Virus record (IMG/VR): IMGVR_UViG_3300042868_005339
Length of the DNA stretch: 64,000 nucleotides
Origin: a virus
Direction: 5' to 3' (one strand)
Below the pieces are notes generated by a model. It made no database searches. It saw only the letters and a list, made by a program, of their open reading frames with translations, and was not told where the DNA came from. The position numbers and the translations under genes were made by a program. Below are positions 34,556-41,568 of this stretch, in pieces (within the stretch, counting starts at the first letter, position 1; each line of letters begins with the position of its first letter).

Positions 34556-34745
34556 GCATCACGGTCACGCAGTTGGCTATGGCTCTGGCTCTGGCGATGG
34601 CTCTGGCGATGGCTCTGGCTCTGGCTATGGCGATGGCGATGGCGATGGCTCTGGCGATGGCTCTGGCGATGGCTCTGGCTCTGGCTATGGCGATGGCGAT
34701 GGCGATGGCTCTGGCGATGGCTCTGGCGATGGCTACTGTGAATAG
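34533..34745 (+). CDS. Gly-Ser/Gly-Asp/Gly-Tyr repeat protein
   Basis: MNDLLRNKHHGHAVGYGSGSGDGSGD(GSGSGYGDGDGDGSGDGSGD)x2GYCE. Confidence 0.45.
   Translation: MNDLLRNKHHGHAVGYGSGSGDGSGDGSGSGYGDGDGDGSGDGSGDGSGSGYGDGDGDGSGDGSGDGYCE
34575..34735 (+). repeat. Hexamer-based tandem repeat containing two perfect 60-nt units
   Basis: The array is built from GGCTCT/GGCGAT/GGCTAT hexamers. The units 34611..34670 and 34671..34730 are identical. Confidence 0.9.
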
Positions 34746-34984
34746 TCGGAATACAAATCATACCAAATAAAAAAAACTTTAGCAGTTCATCACAATAAAA
34801 TGCAGCGAGAAAGCGATGCCGGGAAGACTGCCTCCGTTTTACGGTGGAGATTGCAAGGCTAGTGAGTATCTAATAGATCGTCGATGGATAAGAAGCTGCA
34901 CTGCTAATTCAATTTTATCACCCACATACAAAACATGAGAAGTTTTTATGTTGACGGAATGATTAAAAACATCTCTATTAATAG

Positions 34985-35626
34985 ATGCCTAAAATTATAG
35001 ATAAGACAAAACAAAAATTTGGAAGACTTCAGCCTATTTCTCTTGCTTCGAGGCATAAAAATGGAAAGCCTAGATGGCTTTGTAAATGTGATTGCGGAAA
35101 TGAAGTAATCGTGACATCAGCAGACCTTGGAAGGAGTTCAAATTCTTGCGGATGTCTTAGAAAAGAAAAGACTTCTCAACGAAGAACAACTCACGGTTTG
35201 TCAAACACGCGAACTTATAATTGCTGGTGGGCAATCAGACTTCGTTGCGACTATCCAAGCAGTAGGCACTATTACCGATATGGAATGCGCGGGATAAAGG
35301 TTTGCGATGAATGGAAAAACAGCTTTCAATCATTTCTTGATGACATGGGAGAATGCCCATCAAACAAGCACTCAATAGATAGAATAGACAATTCAGGAAA
35401 TTACACCAAACAAAACTGCCGATGGGCAACGTCTAGAGAGCAAGCTCAAAACACCAGAACGAATAATAAAATAACTTGGAACGGAGAAACCAAATGCTTA
35501 ATCCAATGGGAGCGAGATTTGGGATTTCCATACAACTGTCTCCAGCAGCGTATAGTGAAGCGTAAATGGAGTATTGAAAAAGCATTCACAACACCACTAC
35601 TAAAATGCAAGAACACACCGAAATAG
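34985..35626 (+). CDS. Cys4-ribbon + degenerate HNH-like + C-terminal HTH protein (homing-endonuclease-like), copy P1
   Basis: WLCKCDCGN...SCGCL; HGLSNTRTYNCWWAIRLRC; YGMRGIKVCDEW; HSIDRIDNSGNYTKQNCRWATSREQAQN. Confidence 0.7.
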   Translation: MPKIIDKTKQKFGRLQPISLASRHKNGKPRWLCKCDCGNEVIVTSADLGRSSNSCGCLRKEKTSQRRTTHGLSNTRTYNCWWAIRLRCDYPSSRHYYRYGMRGIKVCDEWKNSFQSFLDDMGECPSNKHSIDRIDNSGNYTKQNCRWATSREQAQNTRTNNKITWNGETKCLIQWERDLGFPYNCLQQRIVKRKWSIEKAFTTPLLKCKNTPK

Positions 35627-36405
35627 AAATCCTGAAACCCGAAACTCTTTCCGCGATTGAGCAAATTTCTCGCGCTGAGATCGACTGCCAAATCAGCACT
35701 GCCAAGAAGTATCCGCGCTCTTTGTCATCGGTAAAAAAAGACATGCTGGCATTTGCCACGCTTGACCAAGAAACATCTGAGGGCTGCTTTTACAGCCTTC
35801 CTCGCGGTGGAAAAACAATCCAAGGGCCATCTGTTCGTTTGGCTGAAATCGCCGTCTCTTGTTATGGAAACCTTCGCGCTGGTGTTCGCATTATCAATAC
35901 TGTATCAACGGGTGACAATCCACATGTAGTGCTTCAAGCAGTGTGCCACGATCTCGAAAAAAACGTGGCGATTCAAGTAGAAAAGCGTCGTCGCATCGTT
36001 GGGAAGAAGTCCAAAGGTGGAGCAATTGATGAAGATGACATCAATCTTGCCGCTAATGCTGGTGCTGCTATCGCTTTCCGTGATGCGGTTTTTAAAGTGA
36101 TTCCTGGGGCTTTGATTAAACCTGTGTGCGATGAAGCAAAACGTGTTGCAATTGGTGATTCTAAGACCCTCTCGGAACGTCGCCAACGTGCCATCGACAG
36201 CTTTGGCAAGATGTCTGTCAGCAAGGACAAAATCCTAGCATTTCTTGGCAAGAAGTCGGTTGAAGACATCGACCTGACAGACCTTGAAACGATGTTTGGA
36301 CTTCATACAGCCATCAAGGACGGCCACACCACTGTTGACGAAGCATTCACGCCTAAAGCAGAAGTTGCCGATCTGAAACTTCCAAGCCAGAAGGAGTCCG
36401 CATGA
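35605..36405 (+). CDS. Putative single-strand annealing recombinase (RecT/Red-beta-like)
   Basis: CFYSLPRGGKTIQGPSVRLAEIAVSCYGNLR. It is translationally overlapped with the downstream exonuclease. Confidence 0.5.
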   Translation: MQEHTEIEILKPETLSAIEQISRAEIDCQISTAKKYPRSLSSVKKDMLAFATLDQETSEGCFYSLPRGGKTIQGPSVRLAEIAVSCYGNLRAGVRIINTVSTGDNPHVVLQAVCHDLEKNVAIQVEKRRRIVGKKSKGGAIDEDDINLAANAGAAIAFRDAVFKVIPGALIKPVCDEAKRVAIGDSKTLSERRQRAIDSFGKMSVSKDKILAFLGKKSVEDIDLTDLETMFGLHTAIKDGHTTVDEAFTPKAEVADLKLPSQKESA

Positions 36406-37199
36406 TCATCCTAGACGAACAAACATACCGATCTCATCCGGCTGCTAATTTCAGCAGCTTGAAGACGATCCTCAAGTCTCCAAAGCATTATCAATCGTCC
36501 CTCAAAAAGACGTTTGAGCCAACGATTGAGATGACTATTGGAACCATCGTCCACGAAGCCATTCTCGAAGGCAAACCATACAGCCATACCGTCAAGCCTG
36601 CTGACATTGATCTTCGGACCAAAGAAGGAAAGGCATGGCGCGATAAACACGCTGGCATGACCATCCTTTCTCTGGCTGAGCATGCAACAGTCGTCCGCAC
36701 GGTTGAAGCTGTGCGCAATAGTACTGATGCCCAATACTTGCTCAACCTGTGCAAGCAGCGCGAAGTAGGCATTGTGAACAATTACAAGGGCGTCGAGATC
36801 AAGGGCAGACTTGACGCATACGGCCAGGATGAGGGTGGTAAGCCGCTCATCGTGGATTTCAAGACGACGAGTGAAGCTGATCCTGAGCTATGGGGACGCA
36901 AGGCATTTGGCCTGCGATACATGATGCAGATGCAGTATTACAAGGCGCTACTGTCTCTGGAGCTTGGCCTCGATGTTGAGCCAGCGTATATCTGGCTTGT
37001 TGCTGAAACGAACGAGGCCGCAGACGTGTGCATTTATCAGCCGCCACCTGAGGCAATCGCCATCGGTCAGGCTCAAATGGACTATGCTGTCGAAACTTAT
37101 AAGAAGTGCCTTGAAACCGGACAGTGGCAAGGATACGGTAAAGGAATAATTCAATTAGAAGTACCTTTCTTTGAGAGAAAGAAATGGCTCAAACAATAA
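36402..37199 (+). CDS. PD-(D/E)XK exonuclease (RecB/Cas4-like)
   Basis: GRLDAY...LIVDFKTTS and QMQYYKALL (the D...D/ExK...QxxxY arrangement). Confidence 0.7.
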   Translation: MIILDEQTYRSHPAANFSSLKTILKSPKHYQSSLKKTFEPTIEMTIGTIVHEAILEGKPYSHTVKPADIDLRTKEGKAWRDKHAGMTILSLAEHATVVRTVEAVRNSTDAQYLLNLCKQREVGIVNNYKGVEIKGRLDAYGQDEGGKPLIVDFKTTSEADPELWGRKAFGLRYMMQMQYYKALLSLELGLDVEPAYIWLVAETNEAADVCIYQPPPEAIAIGQAQMDYAVETYKKCLETGQWQGYGKGIIQLEVPFFERKKWLKQ

Positions 37200-37234
37200 T
37201 TTGACTGGAAGCGGTTCCAGTATTAAATAGATAA

Positions 37235-37981
37235 ATGCACAATGAACCATCAAGAATTCAGCAGCAAGGGTGGAAAATCGAAATCGAAAGCAAAAATGGA
37301 AGCCATGCGGAAAAATCTTGCAAAAGGCAGAGAAAAAATAGCCTTGCGAATAAAATCCAAGAAGGACAAATCTTCTCAATGCTTACCGCCATCGCAGAAA
37401 AAGGAAGGGATAAAAAGCAAAGCTTAATATGGTTATTTCAATGCGATTGTGGAAATAGTCTTATTGCAACTGTATCCAATGTGATAAGTAATAATACCAG
37501 ATCATGCGGTTGCTTGAGAATAGTTGGAAAAACTACTCATTCCGCGTGTGGAACACCTGAGCATAAAGCGTGGGGATCAATTAAAGATAGATGCTTTTGC
37601 AAAACGAACTGCAACTACAAATACTATGGCGCAAGAGGAATAACAATGTTTGAAGAGTGGCGATCTTCATTTCAGGCATTTTACCATTACATTGGGCCGA
37701 GGCCAAGCCCGTCTCACTCTATTGATCGTATTGATGTGAATGGCAACTATGAACCCGGCAATGTGAGATGGGCGACTGATCTTGATCAGGCAAACAATAG
37801 GAGAAACAACAAATTTATTGAGTTTAATGGAGCCACTTTGACATGCTCCCAATGGTCGGCTAAACTTGGATTTAAGAGACATACAATACATAACCGTCTA
37901 AGAGATGGTTGGAGCATTGAGAAAACTTTAACAACCCCACTAAAACAAACAATATGCCAACACCAATCATCATTAAACTAG
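37235..37981 (+). CDS. Homing-endonuclease-like family, copy P2
   Basis: EGQIFSMLTAI...WLFQCDCGN...SCGCL; YGARGITMFEEW; HSIDRIDVNGNYEPGNVRWATDLDQANN. Strongly AT-rich. The N-terminus is uncertain. Confidence 0.65.
   Translation: MHNEPSRIQQQGWKIEIESKNGSHAEKSCKRQRKNSLANKIQEGQIFSMLTAIAEKGRDKKQSLIWLFQCDCGNSLIATVSNVISNNTRSCGCLRIVGKTTHSACGTPEHKAWGSIKDRCFCKTNCNYKYYGARGITMFEEWRSSFQAFYHYIGPRPSPSHSIDRIDVNGNYEPGNVRWATDLDQANNRRNNKFIEFNGATLTCSQWSAKLGFKRHTIHNRLRDGWSIEKTLTTPLKQTICQHQSSLN
37242..37427 (+). CDS. Lys/Gly-rich basic ORF overlapping the P2 5' end in another frame
   Basis: MNHQEFSSKGGKSKSKAKMEAMRKNLAKGREK... Confidence 0.25.
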   Translation: MNHQEFSSKGGKSKSKAKMEAMRKNLAKGREKIALRIKSKKDKSSQCLPPSQKKEGIKSKA

Positions 37982-38268
37982 ACGTAACCAAGCTCAAAAA
38001 AGAGTGGTTTTTCAAAGGAGCTAAAGGCACCTACGTTGATCTTGTGCTTTACGAAAATGATCGTGAATCACCTTACGGAGATACTCACACACTCAAACAG
38101 TCTCCAAATAAAGAAGCGCGTGACGCTGGAGAAAAAGCAATCATAGCTGGCAATGGAAAATGGATGCCTCAAAAAGTTGGCTCGCGCTCATCCGCACCAA
38201 GAACAGCAACGCCAGCAAGAGAGCACCCGTTAATGAAAGACGAAGATACAACGGATATTCCGTGGTGA
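37954..38268 (+). CDS. Hypothetical protein
   Basis: KGAKGTYVDLVLYENDRESPYGDTHTLKQ is a pattern common in phage proteins of unknown function. Confidence 0.55.
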   Translation: MPTPIIIKLDVTKLKKEWFFKGAKGTYVDLVLYENDRESPYGDTHTLKQSPNKEARDAGEKAIIAGNGKWMPQKVGSRSSAPRTATPAREHPLMKDEDTTDIPW

Positions 38269-38317
38269 TCAGTTAACCGCCCGTTTGCCGAGGGTTAAAT
38301 CGGCTTTTTGATAAAAT

Positions 38318-38788
38318 ATGAAACCACCAAATCAACGAACCGCAACGATTGGAGATATGCTGATATTTGCTTCACAGCAAAACGGCAAGGCGACGTCGAA
38401 AAAAGCATCGGCAATCATCTCTTATTGCCTTAGCAACATCACTGATCTTCAGCCTCTTTCTGAATTACCATGGCAGTCTCGCAAGTGGGCAGTTCCAGCT
38501 TGGCATGAGATTCAGCGTGTTGGAATCTTGGATAGGCTAGAATTGCTAAGTCCAGAGAAGCCAAGGCCACTGGATTATATTTCACCACCAATCTTTCGTG
38601 TCCGCTATCTTTGCAATATTCTTGGGCTGTATTATGGCAAGATCAACAGCCGAACTCTGATCACTCGTCAGCCAGTTGAGCTAGTTCAATCCATCTCTCA
38701 CGCTTACGATTCTGAATCCGCTTTATTCGCCATGGAGATTGATCAAAACGCTAAACCAACAACGCTATGTACGCCTCAGAACTCATAA
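38318..38788 (+). CDS. Hypothetical protein
   Basis: 156-aa ORF. Confidence 0.55.
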   Translation: MKPPNQRTATIGDMLIFASQQNGKATSKKASAIISYCLSNITDLQPLSELPWQSRKWAVPAWHEIQRVGILDRLELLSPEKPRPLDYISPPIFRVRYLCNILGLYYGKINSRTLITRQPVELVQSISHAYDSESALFAMEIDQNAKPTTLCTPQNS

Positions 38789-38931
38789 TCGAACTGCAAA
38801 GGATCGTCAAAATTCATGGCGATGTAACTGTTAAGTGCGTCACAGATAAAACCGAGTCAATCGCCTCAGACGTTTACTATAAAAGCGGCGGACTTTCGCA
38901 GCAACCAAGCATTAAAATCATCGCACAATGA
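38767..38931 (+). CDS. 54-aa hypothetical protein
   Basis: MYASELIIELQRIVKIHGDVTVKC... ATGA overlap with the next gene. Confidence 0.4.
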   Translation: MYASELIIELQRIVKIHGDVTVKCVTDKTESIASDVYYKSGGLSQQPSIKIIAQ

Positions 38932-39122
38932 AACTTACTCTTAAACCAACAATCAATCCTCCTCGAGAAGGCATACCATCGCCAACGATCTCGATTGAGA
39001 TTCCAGACGATGACATGACATGCCGAGCCACCATTATGGACTTAGTGTTTCCGCTTCTTAATGCTGCATATCCAAGTAGTAACGTGCGTAATTACTTCAA
39101 TACAGACGAAATCGACCTATGA
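38928..39122 (+). CDS. Hypothetical protein
   Basis: 64-aa ORF. Confidence 0.5.
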   Translation: MKLTLKPTINPPREGIPSPTISIEIPDDDMTCRATIMDLVFPLLNAAYPSSNVRNYFNTDEIDL

Positions 39123-39259
39123 CTCCCAACAAAGAAAAGATCGCATTGTTTGACGATGCGATTGTCTATCACTCCTGCAAAGAAGAAATCAGCAAAGCTG
39201 AATCCGAATGGATTGAGTGGGCAAGGATTCGCGTGATGGAACTAGAAATGGAGGGATAA
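39119..39259 (+). CDS. 46-aa hypothetical protein
   Basis: MTPNKEKIALFDDAIVYHSC... ATGA overlap with the upstream gene. Confidence 0.4.
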   Translation: MTPNKEKIALFDDAIVYHSCKEEISKAESEWIEWARIRVMELEMEG

Positions 39260-39260
39260 T

Positions 39261-39608
39261 GTGGCTCTAAATTACCATGGAATCTTGCGACATTTCCCAA
39301 ATGCCAGTCCCGATCTGCTCGCTTACAATTCCAAGCAAGTTACCATCATGGAACGAGATTCTAGGGATGCACCATTGGGCAAGAAAAAAGTTCAAGGATC
39401 AACTAGCCAAAGAATTCTTGTCCGTGTTACGAGCGTCCGCAAACGACTTATCGACGAAGACAATTTGTGCGAAAAATATCATGTCGATTTATGCAGATAC
39501 GCTGGAATCATATCTGGCGATGAAGCAAGCAAAACAAAAATTGAGACAATCCAACGCAAGGCAGAAAAAGGCGAAGAAGAAAAAGTGATTATTGATATTT
39601 TCTCTTGA
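39261..39608 (+). CDS. RusA-like Holliday junction resolvase
   Basis: The C-terminal half carries RKRLIDEDNLCEKYHVDLCRYAGIISGDE (the RusA D-x-DN...K...D...DD pattern). The GTG start has GGAGGG 5 nt upstream. A RusA-type N-motif, LPSWNEILGMHHWARKK, lies in the +1 ORF 39277..39588. Confidence 0.55.
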   Translation: MALNYHGILRHFPNASPDLLAYNSKQVTIMERDSRDAPLGKKKVQGSTSQRILVRVTSVRKRLIDEDNLCEKYHVDLCRYAGIISGDEASKTKIETIQRKAEKGEEEKVIIDIFS

Positions 39609-39636
39609 AAAGCTAAACGCTTAGGTTATTATCATT

Positions 39637-39777
39637 ATGAATGAAAACAAAAATCCAAACGCAGTTGAACTTGGAAAAAAAGGCGGCAGCGCAAAAAGTA
39701 TGGCTAAGTCACAATCGTCTAAACTTAATGGCAAAAAGGGCGGAAGACCGAAAAAAAATGGTGGGAAATCAATTTGA
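39637..39777 (+). CDS. 46-aa Lys/Gly-rich basic ORF
   Basis: MNENKNPNAVELGKKGGSAKSMAKSQSSKLNGKKGGRPKKNGGKSI. It overlaps the P3 start. Confidence 0.3.
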   Translation: MNENKNPNAVELGKKGGSAKSMAKSQSSKLNGKKGGRPKKNGGKSI

Positions 39778-40402
39778 TAACCTTTTGGTTCTTGATCATC
39801 AATTTCAATATCTAAAAAACAAATGGTACTGCTTTTGTGCATGTAGTTGTGGAAACAAAAAATGGATAGGCATTGATGGGAAAAAGCTGAAGCAGAAAAG
39901 TTGCGGTTGCCTAAAAGGTAAAAATTCACCTGTAAAACACGGGCAATACAGAGGTGATACTGAATCAAAAACTCACATGGCTTGGAGATCTATGCTTAAC
40001 AGATGTTATGGATCAAAACCTCAACATGTGAATTATCGCAAACGTGGTATTCAAGTGTGTAACCGTTGGAGATTTGGTGAAAATGGAGAAAGTCCGTTTG
40101 ATCTGTTTTTTAAAGATGTTGGTCATCCTCCAGATTCATCTTACTCATTAGACAGAATCAATAATAATGGAAATTATGAGCCGTGCAACGTGAGATGGGC
40201 AACGGCAAAGCAACAAGCTGAGAATCGTTGTGACTCTAAATTTTTAACTTTAAATGGAGAGTCTAAACTGCTTACTCAATGGTGCCGTGAATTGAACTGG
40301 CCTTATTCTGTAATATGGAACAGAATCCAAAATGGATGGAGCGATGAAGAAATTTTAACAACACCAAAAGGTGTAAGAAGATGCCGGAGGACAATCAAAT
40401 AA
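39758..40402 (+). CDS. Homing-endonuclease-like family, copy P3
   Basis: VGNQFDNLLVL...WYCFCACSCGN...SCGCL; YRKRGIQVCNRW; YSLDRINNNGNYEPCNVRWATAKQQAEN. The track start 39641 is an alternative. Confidence 0.65.
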   Translation: MVGNQFDNLLVLDHQFQYLKNKWYCFCACSCGNKKWIGIDGKKLKQKSCGCLKGKNSPVKHGQYRGDTESKTHMAWRSMLNRCYGSKPQHVNYRKRGIQVCNRWRFGENGESPFDLFFKDVGHPPDSSYSLDRINNNGNYEPCNVRWATAKQQAENRCDSKFLTLNGESKLLTQWCRELNWPYSVIWNRIQNGWSDEEILTTPKGVRRCRRTIK

Positions 40403-40644
40403 TGCCCAACTCAAAACAACCATCCGCAGAATGCCGCCTTCACAATCAGTTGGCTCGCACACTTAATGGAACGAAGGCATCAAAAGATGAGACAACTCAA
40501 GTTCTCATCCACCTGTTAGCCATTCAGATCGCCAGCTACGACCCATTGATGCGCGATGCAGTTTGGGAATGTGCTGTCGATACACTGGACGACATGGTTG
40601 AGGACATCGCATCAGAGATCGACGCACACTTTATCAATAACTGA
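40402..40644 (+). CDS. Hypothetical protein
   Basis: MPNSKQPSAE... TAATG overlap with the P3 stop. Confidence 0.5.
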   Translation: MPNSKQPSAECRLHNQLARTLNGTKASKDETTQVLIHLLAIQIASYDPLMRDAVWECAVDTLDDMVEDIASEIDAHFINN

Positions 40645-40646
40645 AT

Positions 40647-41021
40647 ATGAATACACCAGAAACAGATGCGGCTGAGAAAATGGCTTTCTCCCAAGAGTAC
40701 ATGGTTCCTACAGACTTTGCCCGCAAAATTGAGCTAGAACGGAACAGTATCATCAAGAAATCTGCCGAATTGGAGATTAAATGCCTCAAAATAGGTGAAG
40801 TGATCACCGAGTTAAACCAACGCCTTCAAGATCGCCAAGAGAGCTTCCAGGCGCAACTGATCCGCATCGAGGATATATGGCGTGGGAAGCTGGTCGAATC
40901 GCGCAAGGATGCGGACAGGCTTTACAATTGCCTGCTCGAAGCTCAATTTGGCGAAGCCTTGGACATTGCCTATGTGCAGAACATTCTAGCGCAGCACGAA
41001 GAACTGGCCGCGATTGGGTAG
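40647..41021 (+). CDS. Hypothetical coiled-coil protein
   Basis: 124-aa ORF. Confidence 0.55.
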   Translation: MNTPETDAAEKMAFSQEYMVPTDFARKIELERNSIIKKSAELEIKCLKIGEVITELNQRLQDRQESFQAQLIRIEDIWRGKLVESRKDADRLYNCLLEAQFGEALDIAYVQNILAQHEELAAIG

Positions 41022-41117
41022 TTTTTGTTGACTGGGTGTTTTGATGCAGTAGCGTTGGTTTGTCGAAGTTCTTGGGAGTAGTGTCCATCGTGAATTAGAC
41101 GCCTTTAGAAAATCATT

Positions 41118-41196
41118 GGCCGCTCAGGCCGCTTCCTCGCCGGGTTAAAATCCGGGTCACTACCGGGGAGGCAACCTGAGCGGCCTTTTTGTTTTT
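41118..41196 (+). terminator. Compound intrinsic terminator
   Basis: The outer 11-bp stem GGCCGCTCAGG/CCTGAGCGGCC encloses an inner CCTCGCCGG/CCGGGGAGG helix. It is followed by TTTTTGTTTTT. Confidence 0.75.
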
Positions 41197-41199
41197 AAG

Positions 41200-41568
41200 A
41201 TGCACAACTGGTACGCAAATCTCCTCCTTGATCACCGATGGCTAGCGAAGCGCAAAGAAGCACTCCATCATGATCAATATACCTGCCAGAACTGCGGCAG
41301 GAAAAACCCAGAAGTAACGCTTTGCGTCCACCATCTTGGATACGTTACTGGTTGGATGCCGTGGGATTACCCATTGACGCTTCTTCAAACACTGTGCCTT
41401 GGTTGTCATAACGAAGTTCACGCAGGACAGAAGCCGCATTATGTCATTTGCACCACTTGTGGAGGTCTAACTCCAGATTCAAAAGCCAACGGAAGAAATG
41501 ACAAGCACGAGTGGATTTGCGAGGATTGCATTTTGAAATCAATACAACTAGAAAATAAAGATCAATGA
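41200..41568 (+). CDS. HNH endonuclease
   Basis: CQNCGRKNPEVTLCVHHLGY...LCLGCHNEVH. Confidence 0.75.
   Translation: MHNWYANLLLDHRWLAKRKEALHHDQYTCQNCGRKNPEVTLCVHHLGYVTGWMPWDYPLTLLQTLCLGCHNEVHAGQKPHYVICTTCGGLTPDSKANGRNDKHEWICEDCILKSIQLENKDQ

Noticed and set aside
34575-34735. Tandem repeats considered as a possible CRISPR array (also 63733..63888 and 55804..55983)
   Set aside because: The repeats are contiguous with no unique spacers, their unit sizes are multiples of three, and they lie inside ORFs.
34531-34770. ALAMALAM (plus-strand) and HRQSHRQS (minus-strand) ORFs over the 60-nt repeats
   Set aside because: These are alternative frames of the same hexamer repeat. Only the GS/GD/GY frame is on the operon strand with a start adjacent to the upstream gene.
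41118-41196. About 75-nt structured element considered as a tRNA
   Set aside because: It has no cloverleaf, no T-loop GTTCRA or D-loop features, and no acceptor/CCA geometry. It folds as one long hairpin followed by a T-run, so it is a terminator.
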